Origin: a virus
Lineage: Duplodnaviria > Caudoviricetes
Strand: one strand, 5' to 3'
DNA: 64,000 bases
IMG/VR virus record: IMGVR_UViG_3300021255_000062
Span: 32,001-96,000 of that record
Shown here: piece by piece, positions 18,324-27,703 of the stretch
How the letters are laid out: the number at the start of each line of letters is the position of its first letter
How positions within the stretch are numbered: the first letter of the stretch is position 1
Position numbers and translations under genes: made by a program
The notes under the pieces: model-generated
Told to the model about the DNA's origin: nothing
Databases searched by the model: none
Seen by the model: only the letters and a program-made list of their open reading frames with translations

Positions 18324-19368
18324 TTATAAAGGTATAATTGAACAATTAGATACACAAAAAGTTATTCAACTAATGGAAACATTAGGCGTGGATAATTATA
18401 TAGAAAAACCAGGATACATAATTTTCCCCACTATATGTCATAATGAAGATTCGGAAGAAGCATCAATGAAATTATATTACTATGAAAATAGTCATATATT
18501 TCAATGCTACACTGAATGTAGTTCAATGTCTATTTTTCAATTTCTCAAAAATTATTATGAAGCTCGATCTTATGATTATGATTGGTATGAAGATATTTAT
18601 AAAGTAATACTCAATTGTAGTAATTATCGACAACTGAATGGTTTCGCACCAAAGAAGTATAAAAGCGTACGTTCTATTTATATGACCCATCAGGAAGTAA
18701 AACTACCAACTTACTCCAATGGAATTATAGACTGTTTTACTAAATTTTATCCACCCGAATGGCTGAATGATGGAATTACTAAACAATCGATGGATAATTT
18801 TAATATACGCTACTCAGTCCCTCAGAATAAAATAATTATTCCTCATTATAATGCTAAGGGTGAATTAGTAGGAATACGAGGGCGCGCCCTCAATGAATGG
18901 GAAGTTGAAAATGTAGGCAAATATATGCCTGTTCAAATAGAGGGTAAGTGGTATAGTCATCCACTTTCACTAAATCTTTATGGATTAAATAAAACAAAAG
19001 AAAATATTAAAAGAATTGGAGTGTGTTTTCTTTGTGAAGGAGAAAAATCTGTTTTACAAATGGAAGGGTGGGACTTTGCCAATTGCGGAGTTGCAGTATG
19101 TGGTAGTCAATTTAATAAGCATGCCCTTAAGCTTCTATTAAAAGAAGCACGACCACGAGAAATTGTAATTTGTTTCGACAAAGAAGAAGAACCGGGTAGT
19201 GAAAAATATTTTAATAAACTTTATTCTATAGGAGAAAAATACAAAAATTATTGTGATTTTTCTTTTATATATGATAGAGAAAAATTATTAGATATGAAGG
19301 ATTCACCAACAGATAAGGGAAGCGAAATCTTTTGGAAACTATATAAAAAAAGAGTGAGGGTTAAATAA
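18316..19368 (+). CDS. DNA primase
   Basis: Zn-binding TICH...CYTEC, IIIP...GIRGR, TOPRIM CEGEKS and CFD. Confidence 0.85.
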   Translation: MIDYKGIIEQLDTQKVIQLMETLGVDNYIEKPGYIIFPTICHNEDSEEASMKLYYYENSHIFQCYTECSSMSIFQFLKNYYEARSYDYDWYEDIYKVILNCSNYRQLNGFAPKKYKSVRSIYMTHQEVKLPTYSNGIIDCFTKFYPPEWLNDGITKQSMDNFNIRYSVPQNKIIIPHYNAKGELVGIRGRALNEWEVENVGKYMPVQIEGKWYSHPLSLNLYGLNKTKENIKRIGVCFLCEGEKSVLQMEGWDFANCGVAVCGSQFNKHALKLLLKEARPREIVICFDKEEEPGSEKYFNKLYSIGEKYKNYCDFSFIYDREKLLDMKDSPTDKGSEIFWKLYKKRVRVK

Positions 19369-19547
19369 TGCCAAACAAAGACAAAATAGAAATTTTAAAT
19401 AAAATAATGAAATCTTTAAATAATTTAGATAAACTAGTGGTAATTAATGGATATGAAGATCTTTGGACAGCAAAACAATTAACGGCCACTTTAATTACAA
19501 TTTTAACTATTGAGGAGAAGATGGATGAAAACACGATTAGTAAATAA
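19368..19547 (+). CDS. hypothetical protein (59 aa, not in ORF track)
   Basis: TAATG-coupled to primase; MPNKDKIEILNK...ENTISK. Confidence 0.55.
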   Translation: MPNKDKIEILNKIMKSLNNLDKLVVINGYEDLWTAKQLTATLITILTIEEKMDENTISK

Positions 19548-21279
19548 AGATATTAGAAATAATTATACCAAAGAATTACTTATTGAGCGGGGATTAACCC
19601 AAGAGGAAATTGAATACTTTTTTAATGTACCAAATGATTCGTACCTCCAGAGCCCCTCAATGTTATATAATATTACTTCAGGTTTTATTGACTTTCAAGT
19701 AATGTCGAATCTTTCTGAAGAAGATAGGATTGTGGTGGTTGTTGATAGTGACTGTGATGGGTTTGCTTCTGCCGCGATCTTCATACAATATCTACGGAAA
19801 TTCAATCAAAAAGTACAAATTGAATATGTGCTCCATGAAGGAAAAGGACATGGATTAAGTGATACCATTGATGTAATATTAGAAAAGCAAGATAAAAACC
19901 CTAATATTCGATGGGTTGTTTTACCCGATTCTTCAAGCAATGACTACGAATATCATGAAGAACTTGGTGCAGAAGGAATGAGAGTCTTAGTCCTTGACCA
20001 TCATCTTGTAGAGCCAGATACAAAATTTTCAAAAAACGCGGTTATTATAAACAATCAACTTTCCCCAGACTATATAAATAAAGACCTGTGTGGCGCCGGA
20101 GTAGTATGGCAATTTTGTAGATGGTGTGATCAGATGTTTAATACTAACTATGCAGATGAGTTTATTGATTTAGCCGCATTTGCAGAAATTAGTGATATGA
20201 TGTCGATGCTATCACTTGAAAATCGCTATATTGTACATACTGGATTAAGTAGAATTACTAATTATTTTCTCCGCGCGATGTGCGAAAAACAAGCCTATTC
20301 AATGGGAGGAAAAATCACTCCAATTACAATTGCCTTTTATATAACTCCTTTAGTTAATGCTATGATTAGAGCTGGTACAATGGAAGAAAAGCGACGTTGT
20401 TTTGAAGCTTTTATTGATGGTCATAAAATGGTCGAATCACATAAGCGTGGAGCAAAAGGTACTTTTGAAGAACTTGCAATAGAATCAGCAAGAGAATGTA
20501 CAAATGCAAGAGCGAAACAAAATAGAATTTTAGATAAAGTAGTTGAGCAGCTTGAAATTAAAATTCATAAATATAATTTATTAGAAAACAAAATTTTATT
20601 TATTCGACTAGACGATGAAGATTTTCCGCCTGAATTAAATGGACTTTGCGCAATGAAGCTTGCAGCCAAATATCAACGCCCAACTATTGTAGCAAGATTG
20701 AATGACGACGGAGAAATCAAGGGTTCATTAAGAGGATTAAATGAATCTGAGCTTACTTCATTTAAAGATTTTTTAGACCAAAGTGGATTTTTTACCTTTA
20801 CTGCAGGCCATCCAAATGCTGCTGGATGCGGAATTCTTGATAAAAATTTAGATAGTTTCCATAAATATGCTAATGAAAAACTTGCTAATATTGATTTTGG
20901 TGAAAGCTGGTATGAAGTTAATTTTGAACGTATCGCTGCAGATCCAGACATTCGAGATTTAATTGTAGATATTACTTCTCACGAAGATATTTGGGGACAA
21001 CACAATAATGAACCTCTTATTTACATTAAAGATATTAATATTACTAATAAAGATATTAGAATAATGGGGCGAAATCTTGATACGGTTAAGATAGAAAAAT
21101 TTGGAGTTGCTTATATGAAATTTCACGCTAAAGACTTTATTAAAGAATTAAATCAGTATAAAGGAGAAATAAAACTAGAAATAGTGGGTAGAGCTAATCT
21201 CAACGAGTGGAATGGTACTTATACACCACAAATTTTTATTACAAACTATCAAATTAGTGATAATACCCTAGGGTTTTAG
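19525..21279 (+). CDS. recJ: RecJ-like DHH ssDNA exonuclease
   Basis: DSDCDG, LDHH, LCGAGV, GSLR and AGHPNAAG motifs. Confidence 0.9.
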   Translation: MKTRLVNKDIRNNYTKELLIERGLTQEEIEYFFNVPNDSYLQSPSMLYNITSGFIDFQVMSNLSEEDRIVVVVDSDCDGFASAAIFIQYLRKFNQKVQIEYVLHEGKGHGLSDTIDVILEKQDKNPNIRWVVLPDSSSNDYEYHEELGAEGMRVLVLDHHLVEPDTKFSKNAVIINNQLSPDYINKDLCGAGVVWQFCRWCDQMFNTNYADEFIDLAAFAEISDMMSMLSLENRYIVHTGLSRITNYFLRAMCEKQAYSMGGKITPITIAFYITPLVNAMIRAGTMEEKRRCFEAFIDGHKMVESHKRGAKGTFEELAIESARECTNARAKQNRILDKVVEQLEIKIHKYNLLENKILFIRLDDEDFPPELNGLCAMKLAAKYQRPTIVARLNDDGEIKGSLRGLNESELTSFKDFLDQSGFFTFTAGHPNAAGCGILDKNLDSFHKYANEKLANIDFGESWYEVNFERIAADPDIRDLIVDITSHEDIWGQHNNEPLIYIKDINITNKDIRIMGRNLDTVKIEKFGVAYMKFHAKDFIKELNQYKGEIKLEIVGRANLNEWNGTYTPQIFITNYQISDNTLGF

Positions 21280-21285
21280 GAGAAA

Positions 21286-21489
21286 ATGATTATGGAATGG
21301 GAAGAATATAAAAACCAAGAAAAAGATAAGTTTAAAATATCTGGTTCAAACGACTGGGTGAAAACCGAAATAACATGCCCCAAATGTGGAAGCTCTGTAT
21401 ATAAAAACATAGAGGTAGTTTTAACCAGCTATCCTCCGCACTATCAGTATAAATGTATTAGCTGTGATTGGGTAGGCACGTGGTATTAA
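21286..21489 (+). CDS. small Zn-ribbon protein
   Basis: CPKC...CISC. Confidence 0.7.
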   Translation: MIMEWEEYKNQEKDKFKISGSNDWVKTEITCPKCGSSVYKNIEVVLTSYPPHYQYKCISCDWVGTWY

Positions 21490-21490
21490 T

Positions 21491-21519
21491 TTGTTTTTTT
21501 AATAAAATTTTGATATAAT
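21491..21519 (+). promoter_or_regulatory. sigmaA-type promoter for HNH-dnaE
   Basis: TTGTTT-N17-TATAAT with extended TG. Confidence 0.65.
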
Positions 21520-21555
21520 ATATATAGAATAAATAGAGGAGGCGTGTGAAAACTT

Positions 21556-22188
21556 ATGCAAGGAATTGATATAACTGGACAACGCTTTGGTCATTTAGTT
21601 GCTTTAAAGTTAATACCCAAAGAAGAACGTACTTGGAGTAATAAAGAAAGGGCTTGGTTATGTAAGTGTGATTGTGGTAATGAAGTCATAGTGCGACAAA
21701 GAAATTTATTAAGCAGTAGACCAACCCGTTCTTGTGGATGTTTGCGTAAAAAAGAAGCGTTCAAGTCAACTAATATGATAAAAGGGTTAGAAGATGAATT
21801 TTTAGATAGTTTTAATGATTTTGATAAATTTCTTTTTATTCATAGAACTATTCGCACTGCAATAGGAAATTTTAGTAGTTTAGAAAAGGATAAATATAAA
21901 GAACTAATAAACCACTTTTATAATCAAAAACAATTTAATGATATATATAATTTTTGGTTATCTCAAGAAAAAACTGATACTTTTTATGATTGGGCAAAAC
22001 CTTCTATTGACCATATTATTCCCAAAGCAAAGGGAGGCACTAATGATTTAAACAACTTACAATATCTTACAGTTTTTGAGAATTTAAACAAACGAGATAT
22101 GACAATGAATGAGTGGAATAATTTTAAAAAACTAACTCACACAAGTAGTGATTATTTTTATGAGTCAATTAAGGAGGTGATGCAATGA
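21556..22188 (+). CDS. free-standing HNH homing endonuclease
   Basis: N-terminal DITGQRFGHL...WLCKCDCG...SCGC; C-terminal SIDHIIPKAKGGTNDLNNLQ...ENLNK. Confidence 0.85.
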   Translation: MQGIDITGQRFGHLVALKLIPKEERTWSNKERAWLCKCDCGNEVIVRQRNLLSSRPTRSCGCLRKKEAFKSTNMIKGLEDEFLDSFNDFDKFLFIHRTIRTAIGNFSSLEKDKYKELINHFYNQKQFNDIYNFWLSQEKTDTFYDWAKPSIDHIIPKAKGGTNDLNNLQYLTVFENLNKRDMTMNEWNNFKKLTHTSSDYFYESIKEVMQ

Positions 22189-25100
22189 AAAATCAGTTAA
22201 GATACCCAGGATCGCTCCATAATCATACTGATTTTTCTTAGGTGATCCAATTTTCGTTTGCGTGACAGTATTAACACTGTCGAGTCATTAATAGATTATG
22301 CAATAGAACTTGGTCATGAAGTAGTAGCGATTACTGAACATGATACAATAGCTAGTGCTATCAGAGCGGAAAAATATTATAGCAAAATTAAAAAGAATAA
22401 TCCGGACTTTAAACTTATTAGAGGTAATGAGATTTATCTTGTAAGAAATGGATTAAATAATGATAACTTTAAAAAAGAAACAGATAGATATTTTCATTTT
22501 ATTCTGTTAGCAAAGGATCTCGAAGGTCATAGACAGATTCGCGAGATTTCTTCGCGTGCTTGGATGAGAAGTTACATGGCGCGCCGTATGAGAAGGGTCC
22601 CAACTTATTATCAAGATTTAATTGATGTAATTGGAAAGAATCCTGGCCATGTGGTTGGGTGTACGGCATGTTTAGGTGGGTGTCTTCCAACTCAACTTAT
22701 CCGTAATAGAGATACTGGCGCACCGAGTATGGACTTGATTAAACGATGGATTGTTCAGATGCAAGGTATTTTTGGAATAGATGACTTTTATTTCGAAATG
22801 CAACCATCATTTAATAAAGACCAGATTTATGTAAACAAAAAATTAGTTGAACTTAGTGAAGAAATGGGTATCAAATATATTATAACTAACGATGCTCATT
22901 ATTTAAAAAAAGAAGATAGACCAATTCATAAGGCTTTTCTTAATGCTCAGCAAGGAGATAGAGAAGTTGACGATTTCTATGCAACGACCTATTTAATGAG
23001 TGATGAAGAAATTTATCACTATATGGAAGAATCATTAGGAGAAACAGTTTTACAAAAAGCATATCAAACAATAGAAGAAATTAAAGATAAGTGTGAAGAC
23101 TATTCATTAATGAAACCGCTAAAGATTCCAAGATTGAATTGGAAGACTTTTGATGTCAAATCAGATGCGGTAAAATTTTTAAGTGATAAAATCCCTTATT
23201 TAAAAAGATTTCTCGAATCAGAATATGCAGAGGACAGACATTTAGCATATGCAATTATTGATAGATTAACCAATAGTAAAGCAGAAGATGAATTATGGAA
23301 CAAAGAAACTTATGAAGAAATTAATGCATGTCTTAAAGATACGTGGGTATCATCAGAAGTAAACGGAAGTAGATGGAGTGCTTATTTCTTAAATCTTCAA
23401 AATATAATTGATGCTTGTTGGGACGCAGGAACTCTTGTTGGCTGCGGCCGAGGCTCTGGAGTTGGTTTTATTTTGTTATATCTATTAGGTATAACTCAGA
23501 TAAATCCACTAAGAGAAAAAAGTCAAACCAAAAGATGGAGATTTCTTAATCCAGAGCGTGTGTCAGTCCTTGATGTAGATATTGATATCGAGGGCGGACG
23601 GCGTGCAGACGTATTAAAAAAGTTTCGTAAAATTTATGGAGAAGATAGGGTCGCTAATGTATTAACATTAAAAACAGAAAAATCTAAGTCTGCAATTCAA
23701 ACAGCTTGTCGTGGATTGGGAGTAGACAGTGATATATCTGCATATCTTTCTTCATTCATTCAAGCTGATAGAGGACAGCTTCGAACTCTTAAACAAACTT
23801 TTTACGGAGATCCCGATAATGGGATTAGTGCCTCCCATCAGTTCAAATTAGAAATGGAAGAGAACTATCCAGAAGTCTGGGAAGTGGCGCAAAGAATTGA
23901 AGGATTAATCAATGGCTGTGGGGTTCACGCGGGTGGAGTTATCTTTGTAGATGAGCCTTTCACAAAGTCAACCGCATTAATGCGAGCGCCAAAAGGAGAA
24001 ATTATAACTCAATTTGATCTCCATGATGCGGAAGATACAGGACTTATTAAATATGATATCCTATCCGTTGAAGCATTGGATAAAATTCACAATTGTATTG
24101 ATTTGATTTGTAAATATGGCTATGAAAAAAGAGAAGAAACATTAAAAGATACCTATGAAAAAATTATTGGTATATATAATCTTGAACGTGAAGCGCCAGA
24201 GATGTGGCAGATGTGTTGGAATCATGAGGTAATGAGTTTGTTCCAAATGGAAAAACAATCTGGAGTAAACGGAATTGCAGCAATGAAACCAACTTCTGTA
24301 GATGACTTGGCAATTCTCAATTCAGCAATTCGTCTTATGGCGACAGAAAAAGGTGGAGAAATGCCAGTTAATAAATTAGCTAGATTTAAAGCGCATCCAT
24401 CTGATTGGGATTATGAATTACAAAAATATGGACTTGGCGCTGAAGCAAAAGAAATTCTTGAACCAGTTCTTAATGTATCTTACGGTTTATGTATTGCTCA
24501 GGAACAATTTATGCAACTTGTACAGCTACCTGAATTAGGTGGATTCAACCTAACCTGGGCAGACAAGTTAAGAAAGTCAATTGCAAAAAAGAATCCGGCA
24601 CAGTATGAAGAGTTAACCAAAGAATATTTCAAGGTTATAAAAGAAAAAGGTTTAGATGAGCGACTTTGTACTTATGTATGGAATGTACTTATTGCAATGA
24701 GTAAAGGTTATGGATTTAACTTATCTCATACGTTGGCTTATTCATTAATCGGATTGCAAGAGTTAAATCTTGCATATCGTTATCCAACAATTTTATGGGA
24801 TTGCGCTTGTCTTATCTCTGATAGCGGCGGTGTCGATAAAGAAGAAGAGGAAGAAGATGGAAATAACGAAGAAACAACTAGAGGAAATGTTTGGGATTCG
24901 TTTGATGACATATCAATGGGTGTTTTTACAGATGATGAAGATGGAGAAGTGGGAGACATTGATTTATCTCCCACCAAGAAGAAATCGTCAAACAGAACTG
25001 CTAACTATGGCAAAATTGCTACAGCAATTGGAAAAATAAGTCAAGAAGGTGTAGAAATTATAGCCACAAATATAAATAAGTCTGAATACACCTTTGCACC

Positions 25101-26205
25101 AGATGTAGATAATAATAGAATTATTTATGGTTTAAGTGGTATAACTAGAGTTGGTGATGATTTAATTCGTTTAATTATGAATAATAGACCGTATGAGTCA
25201 ATAGAAGATTTTATTGGTAAAGTTAAAGTTAATAAACCACAAATGATTAATTTGATTAAGTCAGGCGCATTTGATGAGTTATATGGCGGCGATCGTGTAG
25301 TTGCAATGAATAAGTATATTGATTTAATTGCCGACAAAAAGAAAAGAATGACATTACAAAATATGCAAATGTTAATTAATTTTGGTTTCATTCCAGAGGA
25401 ATATGATTTTCAATGTAGGGTTTACAACTTTAACAAATATTTGAAAAAACATAAAATTGATAATTCATATGGTATTGATAATGTTGCTCTAACTTTTTAT
25501 TCAAACAATTTTGATATGGATTTATTAACTCCTTCTGATGAATATGTATTTACTATAAAGCAAACTGATTGGGATAAAATTTACAAAAAGCAAATGGATA
25601 TTATTCGTCCATTTATTAAAGAGAACAATCAAGAGTTGTTAGATAAAGTAAATAATAAACTTAGACAAGATTTATGGGATAAATATTGCTCTGGAACTTT
25701 AAGTCAATGGGAAATGGATTCTATTTCTTGCTATATTCATGACCATGAATTAAAGAATCTTAAAAATGGATTTTATGGATTTGCAGAATATAGTAAACTA
25801 CCAGAGAATCCGATAGTAAGTTATGAATTTCGTTCTAAAGAAACTGGTCAAAAGATTCCATTATTTAAAATTTGTCGTATTGCTGGAACAGTATTAGACA
25901 AAGATAAAAATAAGAAAATGATTACTTTGTTAACCAATGATAGTGTTGTAACTGTAAAAATATTTGGTGATGCTTTTACTCATTATGATAGACAAATATC
26001 AGAAAAGCAACCAAATGGAACTAAAAAGGTAGTAGAAAAGTCTTGGTTATCAAGAGGAAATAAAATTATAGTAACGGGGATTAGAAGAGAAAATAATTTT
26101 ATAGCGAAAAAATATAAAAATACTCCATATCATTTAGTTGAATTAATAACTTCAATTAGTGATGATGGTTATATTACAACTCAAAAGGAGCGAGTTGAAG
26201 TATGA
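22185..26205 (+). CDS. dnaE: DNA polymerase III alpha (DnaE), interrupted by a 10-nt gap at 22239-22248
   Basis: ATG 22185 with AAGGAGG SD encodes MKNQLRYPGSLHNHTDFS, then TAG; the +1 frame continues NFRLRDSIN...; GRGSG, DVDID, HAGG, KYDIL and GYGFNLSH motifs. Confidence 0.9.
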
Positions 26206-26375
26206 TAAAAACAATTGGTGATTTAATAGAAGAATTAAAAAAGTATCCTCAAGATGCTTTAATATTTGATTTAAATGGAGAACGTCTTGAAGGTCTAAAA
26301 TATTGTGAAGAAATTTATTTGGGAGATCCAGCGAATCCCCGAGTTGAAATTACCGAAGGATATAAACTAGTATGA
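26202..26375 (+). CDS. hypothetical protein (57 aa, not in ORF track)
   Basis: MIKTIGDLIEELKKYPQDA..., overlaps both neighbours by ATGA. Confidence 0.65.
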   Translation: MIKTIGDLIEELKKYPQDALIFDLNGERLEGLKYCEEIYLGDPANPRVEITEGYKLV

Positions 26376-27490
26376 GTTATGGACTTTATGATGCTGATTT
26401 ACAATTTTATCCAATTCCATTCTACAACTTGGAATTAATGAAGCTATCCTCCTATTATAAACACAAAAGAGAAATAGTCGGGTTATCTCCCGACTTTTCT
26501 CCCCAAAGATATAGTAATTTTATTGTACGCCAAGATTTTTATAATCCACATACCCAAATCTATAGGGGAAATAATATCACCTATGGCGGCCGCGCATTCG
26601 ACGGTGAAAAATATAAGCCTCTTCCCCTAGAGATAGAAATGATGCAACCAGATATTTCTATATATGAAAGAATAAAACTACGTAATATCAAATGGAATAA
26701 TAAATCAGCAATAAATACAATGCGGCGAGCTGAACATATTCGTCTTTCCCTAGATGAAAAAACCATATGGAAAAACTTTGAAAAACAACTTTCTCATAAC
26801 CCGAAGTGCTTTGGAATTATATTTCATGATTATAACTTAAATCAAATTGACGGTGCATATGAGTTAATAAAAAAAGAATTACCAAATTGGATACCAAATC
26901 AAATCGGACGAAGGATTGGTATGAAATTTCCAGTTCAAGTAAATAATAAAACCGATCTATGTAAGTGGCTGTCTTTAAAATCACTAAACAAATATTTTTC
27001 TTTAAACCATAATGGATTAATTACTAATGATTACATACCAGAATTAGATGAAATCAGAAAACAAAGTCTTAGTTTTAAACAAGCCACTATGGATATATCC
27101 AAGACTTATACTCAAGAAGAACTCATAAATGGAGGAATTCAACGTATTTTCCGCACTATTATAAATTTACGTAGTTATCGATTAGTTTTTCCACTTATAT
27201 ATGATGAGAATCTTTTTGTTGATGAAGAGTGGAAAAAAGTAATGCAATTGATTAATCGTTATAATATTCATTTAATTAAAAGCTATGATAACGATTTTTT
27301 TAGAAGAGTAGAACCTTTTGAAACTCTTTTTAGTTACTGTTATGCAATCATTAGACAACCAAAAATTAAAGAATCTTTACTTAGTAAAGAATCAATAGAA
27401 TCAATTTTTCAATTCGTAAGAGAAAATAATTATGAATTATTTAAAGACTTCTATGAATATAGAGGAGGAGAGGTAAGAAATGACAGGTAA
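26372..27490 (+). CDS. hypothetical protein, resembles a degenerate phage radical-SAM-family protein
   Basis: NLELMKLSSYYK...GG...LPLEIEMMQPDISIY; no CxxxCxxC. Confidence 0.4.
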   Translation: MSYGLYDADLQFYPIPFYNLELMKLSSYYKHKREIVGLSPDFSPQRYSNFIVRQDFYNPHTQIYRGNNITYGGRAFDGEKYKPLPLEIEMMQPDISIYERIKLRNIKWNNKSAINTMRRAEHIRLSLDEKTIWKNFEKQLSHNPKCFGIIFHDYNLNQIDGAYELIKKELPNWIPNQIGRRIGMKFPVQVNNKTDLCKWLSLKSLNKYFSLNHNGLITNDYIPELDEIRKQSLSFKQATMDISKTYTQEELINGGIQRIFRTIINLRSYRLVFPLIYDENLFVDEEWKKVMQLINRYNIHLIKSYDNDFFRRVEPFETLFSYCYAIIRQPKIKESLLSKESIESIFQFVRENNYELFKDFYEYRGGEVRNDR

Positions 27491-27674
27491 AGAAATTAAA
27501 GAAAAAATTAATTTCAATAACAAGAAGATTCAATCCATATTGGATCCGACAGTATTTATTTTACAACCAGAAGTTCAAAAATACATGGAAGAAAACGAAT
27601 ATTTAAAAAGTATTTGTGAACATGAATATGAAAACGGAGTTTGTATCTACTGTGGTAAGCCAATAAATCCTTAA
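27480..27674 (+). CDS. small Zn-binding protein
   Basis: CEHEY...CIYCG. Confidence 0.6.
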   Translation: MTGKEIKEKINFNNKKIQSILDPTVFILQPEVQKYMEENEYLKSICEHEYENGVCIYCGKPINP

Positions 27675-27703
27675 AATAATTTATATATCTAGGAGGCGTT
27701 ATC

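Noticed and set aside
22236-22248. TAG reassignment, readthrough or simple +1 frameshift in dnaE
   Set aside because: Readthrough stays in the wrong frame and stops at TGA 22263-65. The +1 frame has TGA at 22243. TAG is used as a normal stop in other genes (for example gyrA, recJ).
21556-22248. Group I intron containing the HNH
   Set aside because: The HNH lies upstream of the dnaE start, with no room for a ribozyme core. The 10-nt gap is far too short and does not end in G.
22258-26205. ORF-track start of DnaE at TTG 22258 as the true N-terminus
   Set aside because: It omits the PHP HxH motif, which is encoded upstream behind a much better SD and ATG (22185). Kept only as an alternative re-initiation hypothesis.
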